A stretch of 63,112 nt of DNA, filler included, from Rhabdomonas costata (lineage: Eukaryota), in the NCBI GenBank assembly GCA_019059605.1. It is 41 parts of 41 records of this genome, joined end to end, with 100 filler letters (N's around TTAATTAATTAA, not from the genome) between each part and the next. Parts side by side here need not be neighbours in the genome. Positions count along the whole stretch, not along the records: positions 1 to 1,443 come from JAHMHO010015826.1; positions 1,544 to 2,998 come from JAHMHO010015827.1; positions 3,099 to 4,541 come from JAHMHO010015828.1; positions 4,642 to 6,083 come from JAHMHO010015829.1; positions 6,184 to 7,626 come from JAHMHO010015830.1; positions 7,727 to 9,165 come from JAHMHO010015831.1; positions 9,266 to 10,708 come from JAHMHO010015832.1; positions 10,809 to 12,251 come from JAHMHO010015833.1; 33 more parts are not named here. The stretch is one strand, 5' to 3'. The translations under genes were made by a program, and so were the position numbers. Below, piece after piece: positions 1-12,479 of this stretch. Each line of letters begins with the position of its first letter. Position 1 is the first letter of the stretch. Under the pieces are notes generated by a model. It had not been told where the DNA came from. It made no database searches and was given only the letters and a program-made list of their open reading frames with translations.

Positions 1-1443
1 CAGTTTTTGCGGAGGGAGGAAGGGGGGCAGAGGATATTTGCAAAATGCAGAGAGGGAGGAAGTGATGTGGGAAAAGTAGTTTGTTTTCGCGAGACACAGG
101 AGTGCAGGGGAGGAGGGAGATGGGAGCCTGTCAGCGCCGACCACGGTTTGGAGCAAAAGATGGAGCGAAAAAAGTGTGAAGCGCTGGGAAGAGAAGTATA
201 GCAGAAAGGACAGAGGCTTTTCTGTGGGGCTTGCGGTGCTAAAAAAGTTTGAGGAGGGGTGTGGCGATTATTAATGGTGACATTGAGCAACAGTGGGGCT
301 ACCAACGGTGAAGGCTGACAATTCTAATTGTTTCCACTTCCTTCTCCTAAGGTCTGGATTGTCCCTAATCAGAAGGAACCTGAATTGCGCCCCTCGCCAC
401 AGCAGTGTGATCAAGTTACCTAAGAAAACTGAAGGTTGTGTCCCTGATGAATTCACTTGTGTTCTTGCGACATTGTTGGCAGGTCTTGCATCAATTTCTT
501 CAGTGGGGGCATGCTAAAAATCCACTCACTCCTATCCTATCCAATCCAATGTGAATAATGGCAACGTAAAGGCAAAAAAACATGGCCACCGGCTGCGCCT
601 GGGCGGGGCAGTTCCCCAGGTGCTCCAGGCGGAACTGGTTTGTGAGTCGATATTTCGCCCCCCATTGAGTCATAATTTTACCTCACGCAGTCAAGACGCA
701 CTCTTCGGCTTCTCCTGAGAGATCCGCAGCCTTGACACCTATACTGATGCTCCCTGCGAGTGCGAACGCAACGTAGCATACCACTGCCAACCCACGAATC
801 CCAGGAAGATCGAAATGAAACGGACAAATAATCACAGTGCAAGCTGCACACACGCACACCCGCACGTGTAGTGTGCGACGGGTAACTGGTCGACGGCAAG
901 AGTTAAGCTCAAGGGGGGGGGGGCAACAGACCACAAAAGGGCGCCACGCAAGCGGAGAGACTCTGGGGGAGCAAAATGAGGAAGAGGGGGTTCATGGTAT
1001 TTATGCACTATCCCAGGGCGGGAGCAGAGAAACACGAGAAGCGCAGAAGATTGGCTGGGACGGGATGACAGCAGTCAACGTCATTGTAGGGTCAGACATT
1101 GCGGGGGGTGGAACGGAGGCCTGGCGGAAGGGTTTTAGGCGCACAGAAGTCCAAACGAGATGGGGGTTCGAGACAGGTGGGGGCTACCATGGGGCAAACA
1201 GGTGGTAGCAACTTCATGCGCGAAACCTCCGCAAGCACACCTCGCTCCTCCTTCCCTGAAAGACCTACTCAATACAAACCGCCCCACAAAAAGGACAATA
1301 CTACCATAGGAGGGCGAAAGGGATTCAGAGCAGGGAAAACATTACACCAAAAGGGTGCTCCTCTATGATACACGGCAAGAAACCCTTAAGCTCATCCCGG
1401 ACCGTCCTCCCCATTCCAAACAAAAAATACGCTACAAAACCCC

Positions 1444-1543
1444 NNNNNNNNNNNNNNNNNNNNNNNNNNNNNNNNNNNNNNNNNNNNTTAATTAATTAAN
1501 NNNNNNNNNNNNNNNNNNNNNNNNNNNNNNNNNNNNNNNNNNN
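1444..1543. other. Artificial contig spacer N44-TTAATTAATTAA-N44, first of 40; the window is 41 concatenated contigs of about 1.44 kb
   Basis: An identical 100-nt spacer with stops in all six frames recurs about every 1.54 kb. ORFs ending in X..LIN run into it. Confidence 0.99.
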
Positions 1544-1572
1544 CAGAACAGCAGGGGAGTGCAGTACCGAAC

Positions 1573-1574
<2 letters not shown>

Positions 1575-1608
<34 letters not shown>
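1575..1608. repeat. (GT)n microsatellite
   Basis: About 17 GT units read directly from the sequence. Confidence 0.95.
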
Positions 1609-1609
<1 letters not shown>

Positions 1610-1662
1610 GGGCGCATTGCGCGCTGGCTGTTGCCTGGGTGACTGGTTGACTGGTTGGTGGT

Positions 1663-1979
1663 GACCACTGCGGACTGACTGGCCCGTCTTCGGGAACGTG
1701 CGCATCGGGCTGGGCTTGGGTGAGCTCGTCCTGCCCCTCAGGTACGACGCAGCAGTGGAGCTTCTTTTTCATATGTGGGCATTTCGTAGAGGGAAAGTTT
1801 CGAAGATGTGTGGTTGGCAAATCTATTTTGCAGGTGCCCAGACGCACATACCCAAAATTGACACACAGCTAACCCGACGTGTGGCAGCAGCAGCTACGCC
1901 TGCCCCAGCGGGTACTCCAGCAAGGCGTCCTCCACCGTCTGCGCCTCTACGACGTGCGTGCAGTCGGACTGCTGCACGG
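1663..1979 (+). CDS. Cys-rich extracellular repeat protein, partial (exons about 1663-1741 and 1869-1979)
   Basis: DHCGLTGPSSGTCASGWAWVSSSCPS joins ANPTCGSSSYACPSGYSSKASSTVCASTTCVQSDCCT across a phase-1 GT-AG intron (1742-1868). Confidence 0.6.
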
Positions 1980-2280
1980 GTGTGCGTCATTATTCCCCCC
2001 ACCCTTAATTCCCGGGTAATGCATGAGCGAGTTGGTAATTTTGTCGGGTCTTCACACTTATGGACTACATGGACTACCGCGGCGTGGCTTTTCCCTTTCC
2101 ATGTGTTGTAGTGCTGCTATTGGTTGGAGACTGATGCACTGCCCTTCCTGTGGACACCCAGACTGAGTATGACAGAATTCATGCTGCGCCATCGCCACAT
2201 GTTACTAGAAAGACTCTGCGAAGTGGTCCCCACCGACGACCAACCGGGAAACCTCAAAAGCAGGAACAATTGTATCGTGT

Positions 2281-2652
2281 GAGGGGGGGGGGCGTTAAAC
2301 GTTTTGGACATTGTGAAGTGACTGGGACAACATTAGTTGTGGGGCGGAGGCCAGCCCACGGCGCGGCGGGGCGGAGCTAACAGATGAGGCGTGAACGTAC
2401 AGTGGGTGACATTTGCTGTTTGCCGGTGTTAAACGCAAAAAGAGAATTGTTCAAAAAAAACTTATTTTCCGAGCACTGGGGTCAGCTTAGGTTTGCCTAT
2501 GCTCACTAGATGATGCTATTTTTTTTCTCGAAAGGGGATCAGATGTACTTGTCTACTGCCCCCTAGATGCCGACGGCCGAAATTTAAAAGGTTTCGACCG
2601 TTTAGTGGTATTAAACGTTTAACGGGTTTTAAACGTTCAACGCCCCTCCCCC
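2281..2652. mobile_element. MITE-like element, family A copy 1 (intronic)
   Basis: Imperfect terminal inverted repeats: G-run-CGTTAAACGTTT at the left and AAACGTTCAACGCCCCTCCCC at the right. Subterminal ACCGTTTAGTGGT is shared with the copy at 4879-5266. Confidence 0.5.
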
Positions 2653-3098
2653 TTTGCAACAGCCCCGAAATGCTCGCCTTGGAGCCTCGGTGAGATCTTT
2701 CACAGGGGAAACGGCGCAAAACGCCCAAAACGACGGTTTTCAAGCACTCCTTTAAGGCCTACTGATATGTGCACTGTACCGTTCCTGCCGCTCCGCGCCA
2801 ATCCCGGCCAGCGCTGTGCAACAGACACTCTCCCGCACAAAACGATGTGAGCGGAAGTACAAATCCGCCTCAGGAAGAATGTGGAAAAAGAATGGGCCTC
2901 TAACAACGCGATCGACTGCCCTAATGGGTTCCCTTTACACAACCCTTTTTCTGCCCCGCTTTTTCTCCCTGCGTCGTCCACTAAAAGCTAACCCGACCNN
3001 NNNNNNNNNNNNNNNNNNNNNNNNNNNNNNNNNNNNNNNNNNTTAATTAATTAANNNNNNNNNNNNNNNNNNNNNNNNNNNNNNNNNNNNNNNNNNNN

Positions 3099-4541
3099 GG
3101 GGGTTGGGGGGAGAAACGATTACCCTTCCGATGTGGACTGTGGAGCCTGAAAGTGTGAGCTGGAGCCTAGATTTGAGCTTCAACCATTCTAGAGCTTGCG
3201 CACCGAACCCCACCCTCGGCATTGTGATCTGTAACTGCAGCAGACTTGTCACCTTTGGGCCTGTGAACTTGACCACGGTGTTCATACGCCTCCTGCCCCG
3301 TTCGACCACAGTCGGTAAGTTGAAGCTCAACCTGCTTTGGGCGGCTGACGGGTTCCGGTCCTTCAACCACACCATACCAGTTTTCATTGTTGGTGAGACC
3401 GGAGTTCTCCTTGTGGACGCGTTCCCTCATCCGCCCTTTCCTCGTGCTTACGATGCCGTGATGGTTCATTTCATCATCAACTCTACCGGAGCCAGCAAGG
3501 GAGGGGAAGCTGTCAGGGTGCTCGCCTCCAAGATAACCGGTTCGCTGCAGTGGTCATGGGCTCCCAATGGTACAAATGCCACAGACAGGGTCGATTGCCC
3601 AGCTTTGGCTTACAACTCGAGCTATCTTCAATGCAACCTTACAGGGTTTAGCCCTGTTTTCTCTGCCGATTTGACTCGAGAGATTTTCCTATGGTTCACG
3701 CCTTCTACTTCCACTGTGGGAGAGCTTCACGCTACTTTTATTTTCGTCGCAGACGAATTTGACGACGCCACACTGATGCCCTTTATTTTTGTGCGCGGCC
3801 AATGGAACATTTCTGCCGAACCTCTGCAAGTCCTTCCAACCCAGACTCCGCGGGTGAACACGTCGATCTACCTTCGATATGCCATTCAGACCTCTGGAGT
3901 GACCACTAATGGGCAGCATATTGTCATTCCAGAGAGTGCCGCAGACGGGACCGTCACGTGGTGTTTGGACAACCTCACCATGCCCTACCACAGCTGCGGT
4001 TATTCACCCCATGAGTGGGTGTGTGACCTCCAAAGCGTGACGTTCCAGCCCAATTTGACCACCTCACTGTGGCTGCTGTTCACCCCTCGTCAGACGATTG
4101 TCGGGCAAGTCCCGCTTGTCCTCCGTTTTGAGGCTACTGCCTTTGACACCAACTTCTCCACCCCCGTGTTGTTCCAGTACGCCCACTTCTGGAAGGTGGA
4201 CTTGCAGGCTAGCCCTTCCTTGACGATCGCCTCGGGTTCGCTGCTGAAGCTCCACTACATCTTGCGCGCAACAGGCACGAGTGCCGGAGGAGAGCTTCTG
4301 ACCTTCCCCTACACTGTAGCAGAGCAAGGTCTTCAGTGGTACCTCGAGGAGGACGCGCCCGTAGTGTTTTCTTGTACCGCGGCCACCAGTGTGTATCTGT
4401 GCAACATGAGCCAAGCCGGCTTCTCCTTCTCCAGTGATCAAGTCACGCATCTGTGGCTCGCCTTCCTTCCAACAACGACTTGGGTGGGACCTCTTCTGGC
4501 CACATGGAACCTCACTGCAGATTACTTTGACCAACAAACCC
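3099..4541 (+). CDS. Intronless partial ORF of tandem ~125-aa beta-rich (Ig-like) repeats; probable surface protein
   Basis: Open across the whole contig. The motif Y/FxIxxxGxSxGGE..W..C..CNL..LWLxFTP..VG.L..A..FD repeats about 3.5 times, with many NxS/T sites. Confidence 0.75.
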
Positions 4542-4878
4542 NNNNNNNNNNNNNNNNNNNNNNNNNNNNNNNNNNNNNNNNNNNNTTAATTAATTAANNN
4601 NNNNNNNNNNNNNNNNNNNNNNNNNNNNNNNNNNNNNNNNNGTGGGGGTGTTAACTCGATTCATGTTTCTGCCCCTTCTCACATATTAATTACACTTTCA
4701 TGCCGCAGCAACGCGACGGCGGGTTGACACCACCATCTTGCAGCAACGCAATGTGCAGTGCAGCCATTGGATTCACTGCTGTCCGCCTGCTGTTCGTGCG
4801 AATGCAGCTGGTAAGTTGGGTGCTCGTCATGCTGAGTTTTGAACGGAACTTAGAAACGGAGGACAATTGCATTGGAGC

Positions 4879-5266
4879 GGGTTGGCGTTAAACGTTTAGC
4901 AGTGCTAACCTTTAGATCAGAACGCAAGGGCGCTGAACGGTTCCCAGACGATGGAAATACAAAAGGTGCGGAGGCCCGTCCTGCGGCCCGCTCGGATGGG
5001 CTGAGACGTTCCATGGGGTGGGGGGACGTTCCGTTCAGCACTGCTTAACATCTGAATCAGACACATTCTTGGGAATATTGTTTCAGGATATGGGAGAAGG
5101 GAGGGTAAACTAACACTAAAGGCATTAATTTTAACAATTGGGGTTACGAATATTGAATTTCTGCTCCATAAACAGTCATATTTTGATTGGAGGGAGGGGT
5201 TAGGAAATTTGTGACCGTTTAACAAACCGTTTAGTGGTGCTGAACACTTAAACGCCCCCCTCCCCT
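4879..5266. mobile_element. MITE-like element, family A copy 2 (intronic)
   Basis: Left end GGCGTTAAACGTTTAG; right end ACCGTTTAGTGGT...AAACGCCCCCCTCCCC, similar to 2281-2652. Confidence 0.5.
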
Positions 5267-5342
5267 CACAAACACACCCCAAAAATATACAACAGGCCCA
5301 GCAACGGAACAAGCTTTCCCGGCCCCTTCCTCAATACCTCAC

Positions 5343-6083
5343 GGAGGGCTGGAACAGCAGCTCAAACGCGATCCCTGAGATCTCCTGGTGCGCTCGCATG
5401 TCATAGAACAGGCTCATCTTCTCCACTGTGGTGCTGTAGTTCAGGATCGACTTCGGCCCGGGGATGTCCAGCAGCTCGTTCCCGGCGATGCGGTAGGACT
5501 GCAGCAGAAGCAGCTTCTCGGTGGGCTGCACCAGGCTGAGGAACTGCCCGATGGTGCTTTGCATGGTGGAGTTGCGAAGGTCCGCTGCCACGTCCTGTGT
5601 AAAGTACGCAAAGTACGGATGGGATGGTAAAAAAAAAATATGGACTCACACACAGAAGACATGAACATCAGCAGTGGGGGACACTGCTCAGCAACGCAGC
5701 TCAACGAGAGTTTTTTTACTGTTGCAATCGTCGATGAGATCCTCTACACACTTGAGCTGAGCATCATCATCAGCAGCAGCAGCCAATCAATTGGGGAATG
5801 ACCACTGGAAAAAGCATTATGCATTCCCCACACAATTTGCTCTTCACATTGTCCTCACGACTGAGTACTGCTGAAGAACAACGTGGTGTCAGCAGTGCAT
5901 ACTTTTGAAGCTTCCGCTTCTGCTGATGCACACCTTCGGGAAAACGAAAAGCCCTGCTCAAAAGTTCCCACGTGTAAGTAACCTGCACAGAGCTCTGCCC
6001 CAGGCTGTCAATGCTGTTGATGCCGTTGTTGCCCGTGCGCCACGACACCATCCACAGCGCAATCGCGGGCCCCACGGTGAACA
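5343..6083 (-). CDS. Membrane receptor-like protein (TM segment plus extracellular region), partial; exons 6083-5983 and 5594-5343
   Basis: FTVGPAIALWMVSWRTGNNGINSIDSLGQSSVQ|DVAADLRNSTMQ...FELLFQPS joined by a phase-0 GT-AG intron. The layout resembles receptor-cyclase N-termini (inference). Confidence 0.55.
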
Positions 6084-6184
6084 NNNNNNNNNNNNNNNNN
6101 NNNNNNNNNNNNNNNNNNNNNNNNNNNTTAATTAATTAANNNNNNNNNNNNNNNNNNNNNNNNNNNNNNNNNNNNNNNNNNNNG

Positions 6185-6313
6185 GTGGTGTGTAAATTTG
6201 TATTCATTCAAAATGAAATGAATGGCAAGCACGGTACGCACCACAGATTTTCAAATTTAGTTCATCTTTTCTGAATTCATTTCATTTTGAATGAATACAA
6301 ATTTACGCACCAC
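6185..6313. repeat. Contig-start inverted repeat, 39-bp arms (6185-6223 / 6275-6313), 1 mismatch
   Basis: Direct reverse-complement comparison. Confidence 0.9.
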
Positions 6314-6334
6314 TCCTTATTAAGGCCCCGATAC

Positions 6335-7302
6335 CTCTATGCTCGGAATGGACCGTGATGTGGTTGGTCACCACGACAGGAATATCAAAGGTCTCCGCCA
6401 AATTTCTGGAATGCAGAGGAAGCACTGAGAAACAAAGGTCCACAACTCAGACTCATAAAATTTGAGCCTTCCGCTGCTCCAATTCAGCGAAAGGACAAAA
6501 CAGGACAAAACGCAAAAACGCAACTGTTTGGGCTCATTGTTGAGCAAGAAGATAACTGCTTAGATGGGTGCGAAAGAGCGGAGAAAACCTCATCGGCGAT
6601 CCAAAGCAACGACAGAATTCCGAGTGGGTGAGGGAAGCGCACTCCCACAGAAGGGTGCTCCAACACACTTCAGGGTGCTCGCCTGCTTGGCAAGAAGGGA
6701 CTGGCGCTGCGGCAGGTCGGAGTGCCCGAACTCCCGGCGGGCCAAGGCAGCAATGCTGTCTACCACCACAATTCCAACCTGGTTGCTGATGACTAACTCC
6801 TCCAGTTCACACAATCTGCAACCGCACGACGTCATGCCATCGCTCACTAAAAAGTTCAAAAACAGGTCTTTTTCGGATTTAAAAGAATTCATCATCGAAT
6901 TAAAAATGATAGTGTTGAATCTTTTAGTGCCCCTAAATTTCCTATATTTCCTCACACCTCTTCTTTTTGAAATGGAACTGAGGTCAAAAACACGAGAGAA
7001 TAATAAGAAAACCAGGTCACTTGGGTTTGTGGACTGCATTCGGAGGCTCCAGATACAAGATCCTGGTCCTTCTGCCTCGCTCTACTGATCTGCGCTTCTC
7101 AAGCCGACCGTTCAAAACAGATCGCTGCGGTCATCAAAGAGTAACGCCTCCCGACTCGGTCCGACAGGCGAAGGCATACCGCTGCAGCAGCTCCTCTGAA
7201 GTGGTTGGGCTGAGGATGCTGACGGCCCGGGTTAGGTTGTCCAGGGCCTCAGATGAGGAGCCGTAAGTCTCAGGGAAGCGGCTTTGAGCAATCTCCACCA
7301 GC
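6335..7302 (-). CDS. RAD51B: DNA repair protein RAD51B, partial; exons 7302-7180, 6815-6669, 6405-6335
   Basis: Spliced product RLVEIAQSRFP..EELLQR|LCELEELVISNQVGIVVVDSIAALARREF..LLAKQASTLK|NLAETFDIPVVVTNH contains Walker B (VVVDS). GT-AG introns with consistent phases. Confidence 0.9.
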
Positions 7303-7726
7303 CTAAATAAGGAAAATGATCCCCTGCCATTGTGCGACCTGGAGGAGGGAGAGGGGCGTAACGTTTAATATCGTAAAACGTCAAGGGTCTAAAATCTTGC
7401 ATGACCCCCCCCCCTCTTCAATGCACGTCTTCAACTCATCCGTCCGGTGCGGTAGAGTATGTCCGTACCCACTGATGTTTACTGCTTGCAAAATCAAAAT
7501 CACAACCACAGCAAAATGTGAATGGTGTACCAGTGCCACCTGGATGACAGATGACAGTATAAAATAAAAAAGGAAAACTGTCATCTAGGTGACACTCGAC
7601 CACTTAACGTTTAACACACCAATCAANNNNNNNNNNNNNNNNNNNNNNNNNNNNNNNNNNNNNNNNNNNNTTAATTAATTAANNNNNNNNNNNNNNNNNN
7701 NNNNNNNNNNNNNNNNNNNNNNNNNN

Positions 7727-8314
7727 GGGGTGGTTGGGGGTAGCGCGGGACGAGCTGACGCTGAAGAAGAGCAGTCATGTGCACTGCGAGTGGGAGCACT
7801 TGCAGCCCTCGGTGTACGCGGCGTGTGCGGGGGCGCTGTACCTGTTCGACAACTTCTTCGCGTACCCGCTGTGGGTGGTGAAGGTACAGCAACAGGTGTG
7901 AGATGCGTTACAGAGCGGGCCCTGTCGGGGATCAGGATGGGGAGGAGGGAGCAGTATACTGTGCGAGTAGATCCTCAGAGTGAAAAAGGCCTTAAACGCT
8001 AGTTGCCGTTGTCCTTTGGAAGGGACCCCTTTGACCAGTCTCGTGTGAGAAATGGGTGGGTAGGCCACGAGGTGAAGTACAAGCAGCCCTTGGAAAACGA
8101 CGCTATGAGAACTGTGGCTCTCCTTTCTTCCTAGAAGCCCCAAGTTCACTTGTGCGCTTTTTTGTGGCGGCCTGTATCCGTGCAGTGCAACGCCAGTCGG
8201 CAGTCCACGGCCGCGCTGTTCCGGCAGATCTACCGCACAAGCGGCGCCCGCGGGTTCTGGCATGGCTACTTCGTGATCTGTGGTGGCGCAGTGCCTTCCC
8301 TCCTGATGAGCTCG
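7727..8314 (+). CDS. Mitochondrial carrier (SLC25A44-like), partial; exons to 7895 and 8186-8314
   Basis: CEWEHL..FAYPLWVVKVQQQ|CNASRQ..LFRQIYRTSGARGFWHGY shows the carrier PxxxxK and G.RGF..G motifs. Confidence 0.8.
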
Positions 8315-9272
8315 GTAACCCTCTTTTGTGTACTTGATACTTGCGCCTTTGGGTGGGGTTTTGCAATTACGTTGCGGGTGCCGTCCTAAACTCAACGCTG
8401 CGTGTTCGTGGGGCAAGAAGCAGCTCAAAAGCGTGAGAACGACCCCCAAGGGGCACCACAACCGGCCGAGTGTGAAGGTCGGGAAACTCCTGACCCAAGG
8501 ACCCGCCACACAGCGTTTGGGAGGCCTACTGTGTATTCGAAGCACCCTAGGCCTGCTTCGGCATAACCTTCTACACCTTTGAGAGGGCCCAGGTTTGTAT
8601 TCTGCATATTCCACCCAGGTTGACCCGACTGACGTTGGGACAGTAGGGGCGATGGTCACTGCTCGTGAAAGAACCTATATGAACAGTAAAGTGACGGAAA
8701 GTTATGTTTATTTTAAACGGCTTAGGCAAGATGTGCCAGCCCCAAAATATGTTTCTTTTGTTGGGGTAAATTGGCGATTTCGTTTGAGAGTCAAGTAAAA
8801 TGTGTTTGATGAGTTGCACGTGGTTAGTACCTCACAATTTCATGCTGGCAAGATGCTAAAATGTTCCAGGGGTTTGCGTAGACCTATGGGACAGCATTAG
8901 TTAGGGAATGCCAGCTTCGCCCTGAGGACCTTTCGGCCACTATTTTCTTCCTTTAGCTGTTCGTATTGTTTCGACTGGAAACCCGTGCTCGCTCCCAGGA
9001 GCACGATCCATTGAAGAACATGCAAATCGCTCTGAAAAATAGCACGCAGTCAGATTTTCTGTCTCCGGAATGAAACGAGAAAAATTCGCATTTTGAGATG
9101 AGTTTGGCGCCAGGCCAACCAGGAATACTTCCCTCTCCCTTTTGGGGGCTCCTCGGCATGTCTGCNNNNNNNNNNNNNNNNNNNNNNNNNNNNNNNNNNN
9201 NNNNNNNNNTTAATTAATTAANNNNNNNNNNNNNNNNNNNNNNNNNNNNNNNNNNNNNNNNNNNNGGGTGGG

Positions 9273-9642
9273 GGTGTTGGAGTTGGGTTGGAAGTTGGGT
9301 CGTTGGGTCGTCTGGTCTTGGGCTTTGGGCGTGTTGTGGTCTTGGTGGGGTTGTTAGATCTAGTTGGTGGTGGTTGTGTTGGTTCCTTGTTCTCTCGCGC
9401 GCGTATTATTGTTGTTGTTATTCGTTATTATTCTTGTAGGTGTTAGTGTTATTTGGGTTTGGTAGTGGTAGTGTGTGTGTGTGTGTCAATGTATCAGCTT
9501 GTGGTGGTGTTGTGAAATCGGTTTTGGTGTTGGAGTTGGGTTGGAAGTTGGGTCGTTGGGTCGTCTGGTCTTGGGCTTTGGGCGTGTTGTGGTCTTGGTG
9601 GGGTTGTTGGATCTAGTTGGTGGTGGTTGTGTTGGTTCCTTG
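9273..9642 (+). repeat. 117-bp direct repeat (9273-9389 / 9526-9642) in a G/T-rich arm
   Basis: Near-identical copies, one mismatch seen. Confidence 0.9.
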
Positions 9643-12479
9643 CTTTGGGTCATGTTGTGTTGGTGGTGGTTGGCTCTGGTGGTTGGTAGTGTGGATGTGG
9701 TTGGTGGTGGTTGGCTCTGGTTGTGTTGTGTGGTGGTAGCAAAACTGCATCGCCACCAACACACCGCACTACTACCATGGTACCTTAGCCCATGGGTTGA
9801 TGCTACGGTAGGATGCTGGTAAAACACTGCTGTCACCAACACTGCCATGACCACCACATGATGATAGTGTTAGCCTCATGTGTAGTGGAGTGGATATTAC
9901 TCCAAAGGACTACCCTACGCTAATACTACCAAAAGACAACATACATAACTACTGCTATGGCAATACACTATATGCTGGTCATGCACACGCATAGGCTGTG
10001 GTGTAGTGCGTCAACGGGTCGCATGGGGCCATGTGACGTGTGCCAACCTGTGGTTACGCCAATAGCTCACCCCATGCCACTCGGTTCCACTGCAGCACCT
10101 GCTTGAGCAATATGTGCCTTTCACGCATGGCCTAAGGTTTCACCGGTTTCACCGTCTCCCAGCGGCCTTCTACCAGACTTGCTCCTCCGTTGACAACGTC
10201 ATCACGTGGCGGCGGCCCTGATATGCCTAGCCTACCATACCACTAGCCGTACCATTGGTGTGGTGGTTCGTGTTTGGTCTGGTAGAAATCACGGCATGTG
10301 GGTCTCACAATTTGCCAGCGTAAAGGTGGTTCTAGGGGCATCCGTAGAGAGGTGGGTTCATGCAACATTCAGCTAGTTATGGCAGTCTCAGCAAAGCGTC
10401 CATCGTCTTCCTCACGGGACGTCACGAATGACGTCTAAATCCATACACCAAAAACTCACGTGAGAATTCACAACCCGAAATGACACCCGAAATCACTCAC
10501 ACCCCGAAATTACCATCAGCCATCTCCACATCCCACAAACAGCCCACATCCCATCACCCAACCACCACCACCACCACCCAAATCCACACACCGGCACTAA
10601 ACCCACACACCCCAAACGCTAGGACCAACAACCCACTTTACGACCAACCCCACAACCCTTCAACTCAAGACGCCACGAACCCAACACGCCAACCACCAGA
10701 ACCAACAANNNNNNNNNNNNNNNNNNNNNNNNNNNNNNNNNNNNNNNNNNNNTTAATTAATTAANNNNNNNNNNNNNNNNNNNNNNNNNNNNNNNNNNNN
10801 NNNNNNNNGGGTGTGGGTGGTGGTGGTTGGGGTGTGTCGAAACTATTTTTCTTTTCAAAAACGGGGCAAATGCCCCCTCATTTTCTATGTTTTCTAAAAC
10901 AGATACGACGCAGGATCAAAAGAGGACCAGTAAATTGCCAGGGTGAATGGAGACAAGAAGAAGGATGGGTGTAGCAGGTGCAGCAACCTGGAATCAAAAT
11001 CGTCGGCTCTGGAACGTCCATCCACATGTAGGACGCCAAGGTGCGGAACTCCGAAACAGATGGAGGAGAACATGGGCCGGAGACCTTGTCTTCCACCACA
11101 GGAATTGTCAACGCAACGCTTTCGTGCATGGTTTGGAACCAAAAAGTCCTGTGCAATAAACTTGAACCAGAATATTGTGGAGAAAAATGGAAGCTAGAAT
11201 TCTAAACGCAAGAAAAAAACGCGCTACGTGGGGTATGCTTGGGCGCTTCAGATGGGGTTCACGTCCCTGTGGCACGCAACTTCAGCGGTGGCCATACGGG
11301 GAGAATCCCAGCGCTCAACGGGAGAAAGAGACAGGTGGGTACGTTTGCCTGAAGAGAGCTCAGCGGACGATCTTGATGTCCAGATCGAGTGTCAGCAACA
11401 CCAGGATCTTCCAAGATGGAGCGAGTGAACTGGGGACTGTGCTGTCGACTGGATTTTTTGACTTTGGCACCTGTGATGACTTGTTGTGATCGCGTATGTT
11501 TGGCGCCCAAGTGCCTGCCGCTTCTCTTTTGCGGCGCACACCCAGACTATATTCTCCAAGTAATTACGCTCATCTCAGGTTCCGCCCAATCAGCGCGGGT
11601 GAACTCCATGAGCAGAGCAGTGCTCGGACACACTTTCTGGGCCTGTGGTCATGCATCGGATGAACTAAATTGCTGGCACATTTCACTCAGATGAGCTTCA
11701 ACCAAGGAAGGTCAGGCTGCTCTCACCACAAAAATCTCAACTCTTTTGTCCTAATGCAAAAACAAAGCAAAAACGTGACCCGATAAAACGTGACCCCCCC
11801 AAAAAATAGATGGCTTGGTACCCCACAGAGGGGAGAAAGAAAGAGAGGGAAGAGAGAGAGAGAGCAAAAGATACAGCGATTCGTTCAGCTCGTGTATCCT
11901 CCTCCAAAACACCCCGCGAGGAATATGAGGACCCCCTGCCCACACCCTGGAAAATTCAACGGGGACAACTGCAGCAGCAAAAACTGACCTCTGTTCTCTA
12001 AATAGAACCATACCATATAAGCAATGCTTTATCCACATCTACTTGACAAGGTAGGGTCTGCATTTCTGAGACCCAGCTGTTTTCTTTGAAAGATGGGACC
12101 ACAAATCCAAAAGCCTTTTCGGGGCACTAAAATAGGAAACATGGGCAGAAGAACAGAGTGAAACCAAGTCTTCGTTAAACAAAGACATTGTGAAATTTCA
12201 AAGCCTCGACATTATCAAAGAACCACACCAAAGACATGCTCACCAACCCACNNNNNNNNNNNNNNNNNNNNNNNNNNNNNNNNNNNNNNNNNNNNTTAAT
12301 TAATTAANNNNNNNNNNNNNNNNNNNNNNNNNNNNNNNNNNNNNNNNNNNNGGGGTGGTGGTGAGCCTTGATGAAAACCGCACTTGTCAATTGCTGATTT
12401 TCCGTTTCCGATGTGCTTTTTCTGTGGTTGTTGTTCTTTCCACTCACTCCAGCTTGCGCACGAGGTGAGAAAAAAGAAC

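Noticed and set aside
1488-1499. Regularly spaced TTAATTAATTAA repeats resembling an array or CRISPR
   Set aside because: They are embedded in N runs and are artificial six-frame-stop linkers.
9475-9857. V/G/W/C-rich and T/P/H-rich ORFs in the skewed contigs (also near 37900-38430 and 57083-57583)
   Set aside because: They are by-products of G/T or C/A low complexity, which lacks stop codons.
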